A stretch of 64,000 nucleotides of DNA from Minisyncoccota bacterium (lineage in GTDB: Bacteria > Patescibacteriota > Minisyncoccia > Phycocordibacterales > Phycocordibacteraceae), in assembly GCA_035627595.1 (NCBI GenBank), contig DASPLK010000002.1, positions 1,824 through 65,823 of the forward strand, in the 5' to 3' direction. Position numbers and translations under genes: made by a program. The notes beneath the pieces were generated by a model. The model was not told the DNA's origin. It searched no databases and was given only the letters and a program-made list of their open reading frames with translations. Position 1 is the stretch's first letter, and every line of letters starts with the position of its first letter. Positions 41,001 to 48,458 of this stretch are shown here, piece after piece.

Positions 41001-41163
41001 CAGCTTTATAGAACTCGATGACACCATGGAGGTTGCCTGCATCCGTAAGCGCGAGTGCCTCCATCCCAGCTTCCTTCGCGGTTTTAACGAGTTCCGGAAT
41101 CTTTGGAAGCGCCTCAAGGAAGGAGTAGTGGCTATGAACGTGGAGGTGCGCGTAGCGACTCAT
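38005..41163 (-). CDS. dnaE: DNA polymerase III alpha subunit
   Basis: The YAHLHVHSHYSFLEA PHP-domain start and the polymerase core blocks (GSAAGSLVSYLVGIT, DIDMDF, GLLKFDFLG) are present. Start chosen at MSRYAHLH. Confidence 0.85.
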   Translation of the reverse strand: MSRYAHLHVHSHYSFLEALPKIPELVKTAKEAGMEALALTDAGNLHGVIEFYKAATKAGIKPIIGVDAYVAQRSRHDRDANEKFSRLVLLAENEAGYKNLLKLVTLSFTEGMSDRPRIDLEILKEHKDGLIALIPSFAGAPMKLLSAGDVAGAAAALAEYVSVFGKGNVFLEITHHPKADGHIKRMDGVRALSKESGVPLVAQHDVYYLRPDDREANEVLRRIKHGRHGANEVEDFSFVTEKEMLEWFKDEEDAVWRSGEIAERCNVSFELGSWVFPAIEVEEGKTHEQVLRERTYAGLSMRGMKETPEVKERIEYELEVIISKGFAPYYLVVSDLLTFAKSAGILTTTRGSAAGSLVSYLVGITNVDPIAYKLPFERFLNPERPKAPDIDMDFADNRRDEVIQYAKRKYGEDKVAQIGTFGTMMARAAVRDVARALGHSYGIGDRIAKLIPMGSQGFPMTIGRALELEEELKNLYESDDDVKEVIDLARRIEGSARHTGVHAAGVVIAPTPLTEWTALQTDPKTGKLITQYDMHAIEDAGLLKFDFLGIKNLAILSDAVDRVRESRDRWIDIENIPLDDALTFSMLARGETEGLFQLNGSGMTRYLKELRPTTIHDINAMVALYRPGPMETIPQYVERKHNSKLIHYMDERMKDYLDASYGLLVYQDDVLLTAIKLGGYSWLEADNLRKAMGKKIPAEMEAQKEKLLQGFMDFGKLSREKAERIWKLIEPFAAYGFNKAHAASYGKVAYQTAYMKANHPVEYMAAVLTADAGDTEAIAIFVAECVRLGIPVLPPDVNESGTDFTVVLGKDREDGTDAIRFGLTSIKNFGEGISEEILRARQEGGPFSSLSDFLCRIGSRALNRKSLESLIKCGALDSLGDRGLMLRHIEQMLTFHRDATQTAHQDSLFGTMSAPTLRLPEEVVEISLGEKLVWEKELLGIYVSGHPLDEHAETLNKAKRTIANVLADPTPGLPVILPVIVEEVRTILTKKGEKMAFVRFADKTDSIEAVIFTKLYKDFAEFLVPGTCLLIKATISGRNGETSLSIENMKAL

Positions 41164-41232
41164 TACCCCTAGGATACCAAAGCATCGGCTATCCTCAGAG
41201 CGCACAGGAAACGAGGGCGTACATGCTATAAA

Positions 41233-41763
41233 ATGTATATGGTTTCCACGCGTAATACGCGCGGCTTCACGCTCATCGAGCTCCTGGTTGTCATCGCCAT
41301 AATCGGCATTCTCTCAGCTACGGTGCTCGTTTCCTTGAACACCGCACGTGGGAAAGCACGTGATGCTCGGCGTCTTTCCGACCTGCGGCAAGTGCAAATT
41401 GCGCTTGAGCTCTATTACCACGCACACGGTTCATATCCCGTATCGCCAGCAGGTGGCTTCACCTGGGCGCGCAGCTCATGTGTCACCGGAAGTCAGTACT
41501 ATACGGCGCTTGAGCCGTTAGTGTCTGAAGGGTACTTGCCATCCATACCTATAGATCCGGTCAACCAAAGCAGTGGCAGTCCTATACATTGCTACTGGTA
41601 CTTTACCGAACAGCACGATGGCGGAAACTGCGGTACTGCCGTTAATGCGAATGAATACGAGTATGTCCTCTTCTTCTCTACGGAGGGTGCCGATCTAAAC
41701 CATCCAGTAGGTCGCGTTGGTGCTTCTGGCCCATCGTGGTGCCTGCTCGGTCCGAAGAGGTAG
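41233..41763 (+). CDS. Type IV pilin-like protein (prepilin signal)
   Basis: M(YM)VSTRNTRG|[52 protein letters not shown]. Alternative start at 41239. Confidence 0.85.
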   Translation: MYMVSTRNTRGFTLIELLVVIAIIGILSATVLVSLNTARGKARDARRLSDLRQVQIALELYYHAHGSYPVSPAGGFTWARSSCVTGSQYYTALEPLVSEGYLPSIPIDPVNQSSGSPIHCYWYFTEQHDGGNCGTAVNANEYEYVLFFSTEGADLNHPVGRVGASGPSWCLLGPKR

Positions 41764-41831
41764 GTCGTATATCCTAGAAATGGCGCGTAGCAATATTAAA
41801 TTCTATGTAGCGTGCGTGCTATAAAAGGTAT

Positions 41832-42341
41832 ATGTTCACTTCCCGGAGCGAGCGCGGCTTCACGCTTATCGAGCTCCTGGTCGTCATCGCTATCATCGGC
41901 ATTCTATCGGCGACCGTGCTCGTGTCTTTGAATACAGCGAGAACAAAAGCGCGGACCGCAGCCATAAAAGCGCAGGTCATTGAATTCCGTAAATTAATGG
42001 AGCTTGAACACCTTCAGACTGGAAGCTATGTGAACCTTGCACGTGGTTGGGTTGGAACCGGCGCCACAAACCCCACATGCGAAAATCGTGGATATGCCGG
42101 AGCATACGCGGATCAGGCTGTTGCCATCTGTAGAGGCATAGTCTCAAATGGCATTGCGGGGGAAAATGTTTTACATACAGGCGTAAATACCGCACTCGGG
42201 TTTACCTACACAGAGGACGTGGCAATTATGGCCGTGCTTCCCGACGGAAACATGTTTTGCGCGGGGTCTAGCGGAGCGACTTCGGAGGTTGCATTTTTAA
42301 GTGCGAATTATGTACAGCCCGGCTGTTACAGCAACCCCTAA
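41832..42341 (+). CDS. Type IV pilin-like protein (prepilin signal)
   Basis: MFTSRSERG|[40 protein letters not shown]. Confidence 0.85.
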   Translation: MFTSRSERGFTLIELLVVIAIIGILSATVLVSLNTARTKARTAAIKAQVIEFRKLMELEHLQTGSYVNLARGWVGTGATNPTCENRGYAGAYADQAVAICRGIVSNGIAGENVLHTGVNTALGFTYTEDVAIMAVLPDGNMFCAGSSGATSEVAFLSANYVQPGCYSNP

Positions 42342-42346
42342 CGCAT

Positions 42347-42919
42347 ATGTATATTCTCGGTATTGATGAAGCCGGGCGTGGTCCACTCGCCGGCCCGCTT
42401 GCAATCGGATTTGTGCGCGCACCCGACGGATTCGATTTTCTAGGCGCATTCTCTGGTTTGAATGACTCTAAGCAATTATCCGAGAAAAGCCGGGAAGTGA
42501 TTTTTGCGCTGCTTGAAGGGTGCGGGGAAGTCGCGTATCGGGTTGAGTGGATTGAAGCAAGCGAAATAGATGCACATGGCCTTACCGCCTCAATTGGTGC
42601 CGCAGTTGCGCGCGGTGTGCGCGCACTCATGCAGCCGGAGGAAGGGAAGGTGTATCTTGATGGCTCATTGAAAGCGCCTGCCGAGTACGTGCAAGAAACA
42701 GTTATTGGTGGCGACGCACTCATCCCGGCAATTATGATTGCCTCTGTCGCAGCAAAAGTGCTGCGGGATAGAAAGATGGTAGAACTCGCAGAGAAGTATC
42801 CTGGGTATGGATTTGAAAAACACAAAGGGTATGGCACCAAAATGCATTACGAAGCGCTCAAGTTGCTTGGTCCCTGTGATGAACACCGCAGGCTCTTCCT
42901 TCGCAAGTTGTCCAAGTAA
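42347..42919 (+). CDS. rnhB: Ribonuclease HII
   Basis: MYILGIDEAGRGPLAGPLAIG and the conserved DDSK-like catalytic residues (DSK, D at GYG). Confidence 0.85.
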   Translation: MYILGIDEAGRGPLAGPLAIGFVRAPDGFDFLGAFSGLNDSKQLSEKSREVIFALLEGCGEVAYRVEWIEASEIDAHGLTASIGAAVARGVRALMQPEEGKVYLDGSLKAPAEYVQETVIGGDALIPAIMIASVAAKVLRDRKMVELAEKYPGYGFEKHKGYGTKMHYEALKLLGPCDEHRRLFLRKLSK

Positions 42920-43305
42920 AAGCAATCCCTCCGGGTGTTAACCGGAGGGACGAGCTCAGTGTCGGAAGGCGCCCGAAGACGCCCATGGTGAGCTGTGGAG
43001 GCTAGCCCGCCTCAGGGTGTCCAAACCCATGAGCATTGCTACTCGGGGATCTGGAAACCCTGACGCGAACATGAGACTCCGGTATTGGCTTCGAGCTGAT
43101 ACCTCATTGAGGCCCCCAAAAAACAGGGTAAACATGTACTTTTCGAAGCCTAACCTTAGCTGCTCTTGCTGCATCAGGTTACGGCCCCGCGCTCCAGCAA
43201 ATGGGCAAAGAGGGCGGGCATTCCCATCTTTTCACCGTATCGTCCCTCTGGCAAGTAAATACGGCACCCTTCCGCTTTTTAGGGCCCTATGGTACGGTAT
43301 GCCCC

Positions 43306-43662
43306 ATGTCAGTACGAATGCGCCATACCAGTTCCCACACCAAGAACCGCCGCAGCCATCACGCGCTAACGGCGGATAAGGTCGTGAAGGATAAGGACTC
43401 GGGCGCGCTACGCCTGCCGCACCGTCTCGATGAGACGACCGGCATGTACCGCGGCAAGCTCATCGTTCCTGAGCGCAAGAAGGCGCTTAAGAAGGAGGAG
43501 AAGCGTCGTGAGCGCAACGAGGGCAAGAAGGAGGAGATGCTGAACGCAGGCATGGGCCACAAGGAGCCCGTACATATGGAAGAGAAGCAGCCTGAAAAGA
43601 AGGGCGTTCTCGGCCGCATGACTAAGGGCCGCGTCACCTCCCGCAACGCCACCGGTTCCTAA
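43306..43662 (+). CDS. rpmF: 50S ribosomal protein L32 with Lys/Glu-rich C-terminal extension
   Basis: MSVRMRHTSSHTKNRRSHHALTA...YRGKLIV matches the L32 core. The frame continues ~60 aa as a K/E-rich tail. Confidence 0.7.
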   Translation: MSVRMRHTSSHTKNRRSHHALTADKVVKDKDSGALRLPHRLDETTGMYRGKLIVPERKKALKKEEKRRERNEGKKEEMLNAGMGHKEPVHMEEKQPEKKGVLGRMTKGRVTSRNATGS

Positions 43663-43680
43663 TCCTTCCCATCAAGGGAC

Positions 43681-43718
43681 AATGCACAACCCCGCGCACT
43701 TGCGCGGGGTTGTGCATT
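43681..43718 (+). terminator. Hairpin terminator after rpmF
   Basis: aatgcacaaccccgcgca-ct-tgcgcggggttgtgcatt, an 18-bp perfect stem. Confidence 0.6.
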
Positions 43719-43751
43719 ACTGTTAGGCTTTAGGGACACGCTCTTTCCAGT

Positions 43752-44675
43752 ATGGCTAATCGGCACCTTGCACGCTCCGTTGTTCTGCAGACGCTCTTCG
43801 AGTGGGATACTGCGCATATCCCGCAGGAGGGAGTCGCAGAAGTCCTCGCTCGCAACATCGAGGAGTTCAGCGGCGACGAAACCGACCGGCCATTTATGGA
43901 ACAACTTCTCCAAGGCGTACTCGCCAAGCAGCCAGATCTCGACCTCGTTATCGCGAAAGCCGCTCCGGACTGGCCTATAGACCGCATCGCACCAGTAGAC
44001 CGAAACATCCTACGCATCGGCCTTTTTGAGCTTCTGTTTGCGGACCGCGCGCAAGTTCCTGCCAAGGTTGCAATAAACGAGGCGATTGAACTTGCCAAGG
44101 TGTTTGGCGGCGATTCCTCCGGCCGCTTTGTGAATGGTGTGCTTGGCGCTGTGTATAAGGAAATGGGCGAGCCCGGCAAGGATGAGACCGGCAAGAAGCA
44201 GCGTGTGAGGCGTGAGGACCTGCCGGTTGAGCACCTCGGCGGCGCAGTTGTGTACGCAGAGCACGAGGGTCAGTATTTCCTTGCGCTCGTCCATGATGTG
44301 TTTGGACACTGGACGCTCTCAAAGGGCAGACTCGCAGAAGGCGAAGACCTCAAGGACGGTACAAAGCGCGAGATCAAGGAGGAGATGGGTATCGATATTG
44401 AGATTGAACAAAAGATTGGTGAAAACGAATATGTCGCGTCGCACCCGGAGAAGGGAAAGTTCCGCAAGCATGTCACGTATTTCTTAGCGCGCTCCGAGTT
44501 TCTGCCGCTTAAGCTCGAGGAGGGGAAGGGCGGTCTCGATGACACGCGCTGGTTCCGTCTGACAGATATTCTTGACCTCAATTTCTATGACGACATGCTC
44601 CCTATCGTCACTCAGGGCGTACAGGAACTTCTCAATAAGTCGCAAGCAAAGAAAGAGGCAAACGAACAGCGCTAG
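43752..44675 (+). CDS. nusB: NusB antitermination factor fused to a C-terminal NUDIX hydrolase domain
   Basis: N-terminus ARSVVLQTLFEWD...RIGLFELLF...AINEAIELAKVFGG (NusB fold signature). C-terminus GRLAEGEDLKDGTKREIKEEMGI (Nudix box GX5EX7REuXEEXGu). Confidence 0.75.
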   Translation: MANRHLARSVVLQTLFEWDTAHIPQEGVAEVLARNIEEFSGDETDRPFMEQLLQGVLAKQPDLDLVIAKAAPDWPIDRIAPVDRNILRIGLFELLFADRAQVPAKVAINEAIELAKVFGGDSSGRFVNGVLGAVYKEMGEPGKDETGKKQRVRREDLPVEHLGGAVVYAEHEGQYFLALVHDVFGHWTLSKGRLAEGEDLKDGTKREIKEEMGIDIEIEQKIGENEYVASHPEKGKFRKHVTYFLARSEFLPLKLEEGKGGLDDTRWFRLTDILDLNFYDDMLPIVTQGVQELLNKSQAKKEANEQR

Positions 44676-44713
44676 CTTCCTTTTTGACCCCTTTTATTGC
44701 ATAGTGCAGACAT

Positions 44714-45400
44714 ATGAGCGATATCGCTTCTCATGCCGCAAGGCTCGGAATAGTATTCTCCGACCTCGACCTTTTGGCCGAGGCGTTAACGCATCGCTCC
44801 TATTTGAACGAGCATAAAGCCGCTAAGGCGCATAACGAGCGGCTCGAATTTTTGGGGGATGCGGTTCTTGAGCTCTCCATCACGCACTTCCTCTTTACGA
44901 AGTTTCCTAACAAGCCCGAGGGTGATTTGACCGCATATCGAGCGGCACTCGTGAACACATATTCTCTAGCTGAGACCGCAGAGGAGATCGGCCTTAATGA
45001 TATGTTGCTTCTCTCAAAAGGTGAGGCAAAGGATACCGGCCGCGCGCGTCAGATAATCCTTGCTAACGCGTTCGAAGCGGTACTAGGTGCAGTCTATCTC
45101 GACCAGGGGTACGAAGCTGCCAATGCCTTTGTTGAGCGGCACCTATGTCCAAAGATAGACGATATCGTCGCAAAGCGCGCATACCAGGACGCCAAAAGCC
45201 GTTTTCAGGAACTCGCCCAGGAGAAGAAGGGACATACACCGACCTATAAGACCATCAGTGAAGAAGGTCCAGATCACGATAAGAAGTTTACCGTCGGCGT
45301 ATTTGTCGGACATGACGAAGTAGCGCACGGAGAAGGAAAGAGTAAACAGGAAGCTGAGCAGGCAGCAGCAACAGCCGCCCTCTCTAAACTTGGGTGGTAA
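44714..45400 (+). CDS. rnc: Ribonuclease III
   Basis: ERLEFLGDAVLEL RNase III signature plus a C-terminal dsRBD. Confidence 0.85.
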   Translation: MSDIASHAARLGIVFSDLDLLAEALTHRSYLNEHKAAKAHNERLEFLGDAVLELSITHFLFTKFPNKPEGDLTAYRAALVNTYSLAETAEEIGLNDMLLLSKGEAKDTGRARQIILANAFEAVLGAVYLDQGYEAANAFVERHLCPKIDDIVAKRAYQDAKSRFQELAQEKKGHTPTYKTISEEGPDHDKKFTVGVFVGHDEVAHGEGKSKQEAEQAAATAALSKLGW

Positions 45401-45404
45401 ACGA

Positions 45405-45426
45405 GTGTCCTCCCGAGGGAGGACAC
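45405..45426. terminator. Hairpin between the convergent rnc and Gam-like genes
   Basis: gtgtcctccc-gag-ggaggacac. Confidence 0.5.
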
Positions 45427-45435
45427 CGTGCCGTC

Positions 45436-46059
45436 TCATTCCTTAACTTTTGCGCGCTTGGGTTTTGTTACTTCCCATGTGATGTCGCTCGGATCTTCTG
45501 GGAGAGAGCCCTCAAGTCGCACGTCGCCACTCTTATTTGGACGGATCTCAATCTTCGTATCGAAGATCGTCGTCACCGTTTTGAGCCGCTTTGCGAGCTC
45601 GGGATCTTCCTGAAGCGCCTGCAAGTTCGGCGCGTCGGCGCCTCTCCTGATAAGCTTTCGTGCAAGGCCCTTGCGTCTAACCTCCTTGAAGAACGCATCC
45701 GTGTCGCCGCCTTTTATGCTAAAGCTCGGGCGTGGCACATCACGCTGACGAATCTCGCCAGTCGAGAAGCGCACGGTACGCATGCCGCGCTCGACCAGTT
45801 CATCCCATCGCGAGAGCACAAACTCGATAAGTACGTTCGCGACTGCAGTTGCCTTTAAAAGCTCAGGGTTTGAGAGAGCCTTCTTCTGCTCCTGAACCGC
45901 TGTCATCTTCTGCTGCAGCTTGGCTAAGCGCTTGTCGCACCGCGCTTCGATGGAACTCCGCTTGTTGAGGGCGACACCGATCCGCGACAGGAGACTAGCC
46001 GCCTCCCGGCGCGACGTAGGCGTTACAGGAATCAGGTCAGTTAAAGAACCGTTAGGCAT
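45436..46059 (-). CDS. Bacteriophage Mu Gam-like host-nuclease-inhibitor (DNA-end-binding) protein
   Basis: N-terminal coiled-coil region. The block VRFSTGEIRQRDVPRPSFSIKGGDTDAFFKEVRRKGLARKLIRRGADAPNLQALQEDPELAKRLKTVTTIFDTKIEIRP is collinear with the Mu Gam core (KFATGEV..R.RPPSVSIRG.DAV.E.L.R.GL.RFIR...EINKEAI.). My alignment is from memory, not a search. Confidence 0.55.
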   Translation of the reverse strand: MPNGSLTDLIPVTPTSRREAASLLSRIGVALNKRSSIEARCDKRLAKLQQKMTAVQEQKKALSNPELLKATAVANVLIEFVLSRWDELVERGMRTVRFSTGEIRQRDVPRPSFSIKGGDTDAFFKEVRRKGLARKLIRRGADAPNLQALQEDPELAKRLKTVTTIFDTKIEIRPNKSGDVRLEGSLPEDPSDITWEVTKPKRAKVKE

Positions 46060-46177
46060 GTCCGCCTCCTTTCAATGGTCCGCACATAAGCATGCAGAGC
46101 TCGTTATTAAGAGCGGCTGAAGCTTTATCTGCAGTTCTCCCTTACGGCCCTCCAAAGGCGCGCTATACTACGTACAA

Positions 46178-48394
46178 ATGCTAAAGCGCCTTGAAATCGC
46201 AGGGTTCAAGTCCTTTGCCCGGAAGACCGTGCTCGATTTCTCGAGTGCCGCTACGGCTATTGTCGGACCTAACGGCTCCGGAAAGAGCAACGTTGCCGAG
46301 GCTTTCCGCTTTGCACTTGGCGAGCAGTCGATGAAGTCGATGCGAGGAAAGAGAAGTGAGGACCTTATTTGGGCAGGTAGCCACTCAACCGCCCGCCAAA
46401 ATAGGGCAGCGGTTGCAATCGTGTTCGATAACACGCCACGCAAGGGTGTGCGCGTATTTCCGAAGCTAGATTTTGATGAGGTTGCCATTGAGCGCGTTGT
46501 ATACCGCGATGGTGTGAGCGAATACTCGATCAATGGCTCTAAAGCGCGTCTGCGCGACATACAGGAGCTACTTGCAAGCGCAAACATTGGTGAGACCGGA
46601 CATCACATCATTTCTCAGGGAGAGGCCGACCGCATTCTCATGGCACATCCGCGCGAACGTCGCGCGATGCTCGAGGACGCACTTGGGTTGAAAGTTTTTG
46701 AGTTCAAAAAGCAAGAGGCCGAGCGAAAGCTCGAGAAGACTGAGGAAAACATGCGCGAGGTTGAAGCGATCCGTAGGGAGCTTGCACCGCATCTACGATT
46801 CCTCGCTAAACAAGTCGAGAAGCTCGAACGCGCGGAGGAGCTTTCACGTGAGCTCGCTGACGTCTGCCGCACATACTTTGCGATAGAGGACCTATACCTA
46901 AAGGAGGAGAAGATAAAAGCTGAACGAGAGCGGTCTGAATCAAGCCAACGGCTCCAAGAGGCAGCTGGCGAGCTCGCTGTGTTTGAGGAGCGCGCTACAA
47001 CCGATAGCGAGGGCATGAAAAAGACAGAGGCGGTCCGTATCGCTGAGCGTGAACTCGAAAAGCTACGCGAAGAGCGCACCCAGCTTACGCGCGATATTGG
47101 TAAGGCCGAGGGAGCGCTCGATGCCGCAAAGCGACGGAGTGCGCAGGTCGCTGATTCCCCATACGTTAAGATCGCGCGTGAGGAGCTCTCTATTCTCAAA
47201 CAGGAAGTAGATCGCCAAACGGATGCTGCGATCGCTGCAGAAGACCCCGGAGCTTTAAAAGCAGCGCTGGTCGCCCTTCGAGGGGCCGTATCAGCATTCT
47301 TTGAGCGATTTGGCAGTCCGAACGATGACCTCCTGGCAGAGGAGCAGAATGCGGTCTATAGCCTTCAGAACCAATACGATGCGCTCGCGACTAAGGACCG
47401 TGAGCTAGCGGAACAGATAGAGATTGCTCGTAATGCGCTCCAAAAGGCACGCGAAGCGCAGATTGCATACCAAGAGACAGGTAGGGAAGAGCGGCACCGC
47501 CTCCTCTCGCTTGCCGAGACGCGCGCGCATGAGGAGGCGAACGTTGCGCGCGCAGAAGCACGTCTTAATGAGCTACAGCTCCTTGCGGAGGAATTGATGC
47601 GTGATAAAGCCGAGGTCGTGCCATTAGCAGGACGCAATGCACTTTCATATGAGGCGCTTACGGATCTTCCTAATGAAGATCGTCGTACTCAAGAGGATCG
47701 AAAGCGCTCGATGGAGCGTTTGAAGATTCGTGTCGAGGAAGCGGGTGGTTCAGGCGAAGACGTACGCACTGAATACCAAGAGACGAAGGAACGAGAAGAG
47801 TTTCTTGCTAAGGAAGTTGAGGACCTCGGCAAATCTGCAGAAGGACTGCGTGAGCTTATACATGATCTGGATACCGAGCTTCAGAAGACCTTCTCTGAAG
47901 GTCTCGCAAAGGTAAATGCATCGTTCAGTGAGTTCTTCGCACTCATGTTCGGAGGCGGCTCTGCGAAGCTTGTTTTGGAAGAGCCTACAGCAGTTGATGA
48001 AGAAGAAGAGGAAATGGACATTCGGCCGAAGAACGAGCGGCTGGGTATCGAGATAGCCGTTAACCTGCCGAAGAAACGCCTTCAGTCACTAATGCAGCTC
48101 TCAGGGGGTGAGCGAGCGCTAACCTCCATTGCGCTCATCTTTGCCATGAGCCAGGTGAATCCTCCGCCATTTTTGATACTTGATGAGACCGATGCAGCTT
48201 TGGATGAGGCAAACTCCCGCCGTTACGGCGATATGATTGAGGAGCTCGCGAAAAAGTCTCAGCTAATCGTAATCACGCACAACCGCGAGACTATGAGCCG
48301 CGCAGGCATCCTCTATGGCGTGACTATGGGAGGCGACGGTGTTTCCAAGCTCCTGTCAGTAAAATTTGAAGAAGCAGTTGCGGTCGCGAAGTAG
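46178..48394 (+). CDS. smc: SMC-family ATPase (short, no recognisable hinge)
   Basis: N-terminal LEIAGFKSFARKTVLDFSSAATAIVGPNGSGKSN Walker A. C-terminal LSGGERALTSIALIFAM...LILDETDAALD signature and Walker B. Long central coiled-coils. 738 aa. Confidence 0.7.
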   Translation: MLKRLEIAGFKSFARKTVLDFSSAATAIVGPNGSGKSNVAEAFRFALGEQSMKSMRGKRSEDLIWAGSHSTARQNRAAVAIVFDNTPRKGVRVFPKLDFDEVAIERVVYRDGVSEYSINGSKARLRDIQELLASANIGETGHHIISQGEADRILMAHPRERRAMLEDALGLKVFEFKKQEAERKLEKTEENMREVEAIRRELAPHLRFLAKQVEKLERAEELSRELADVCRTYFAIEDLYLKEEKIKAERERSESSQRLQEAAGELAVFEERATTDSEGMKKTEAVRIAERELEKLREERTQLTRDIGKAEGALDAAKRRSAQVADSPYVKIAREELSILKQEVDRQTDAAIAAEDPGALKAALVALRGAVSAFFERFGSPNDDLLAEEQNAVYSLQNQYDALATKDRELAEQIEIARNALQKAREAQIAYQETGREERHRLLSLAETRAHEEANVARAEARLNELQLLAEELMRDKAEVVPLAGRNALSYEALTDLPNEDRRTQEDRKRSMERLKIRVEEAGGSGEDVRTEYQETKEREEFLAKEVEDLGKSAEGLRELIHDLDTELQKTFSEGLAKVNASFSEFFALMFGGGSAKLVLEEPTAVDEEEEEMDIRPKNERLGIEIAVNLPKKRLQSLMQLSGGERALTSIALIFAMSQVNPPPFLILDETDAALDEANSRRYGDMIEELAKKSQLIVITHNRETMSRAGILYGVTMGGDGVSKLLSVKFEEAVAVAK

Positions 48395-48458
48395 CGACCT
48401 TGCCGTTTCGATAGAAGTTGTATATAACGGGGAACCCCCGTAATCAGGAGAGACGGTA

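Noticed and set aside
42920-43305. Attempted identification of RNase P RNA, tmRNA or SRP RNA
   Set aside because: I could not find the P4 GGAAAGUCCGG / ACAGAA.CCGGCUUA blocks, tmRNA GGGG...tag-ORF...T-arm, or the SRP AGGUCAGGUCCGGAAGGAAGCAGC motif on either strand. It is left as an unclassified candidate ncRNA.
42956-43379. Small ORFs in the rnhB-rpmF gap (72 aa minus, 120 aa plus)
   Set aside because: Arg/Pro-rich, no RBS, mutually overlapping. The region is more plausibly non-coding or a structured RNA.
46615-47199. 194-aa minus-strand ORF rich in Ser/Arg
   Set aside because: It is antisense to the SMC-like gene coiled-coil region. The low-complexity reading is typical of antisense of GAG/AAG-rich coiled-coil DNA.
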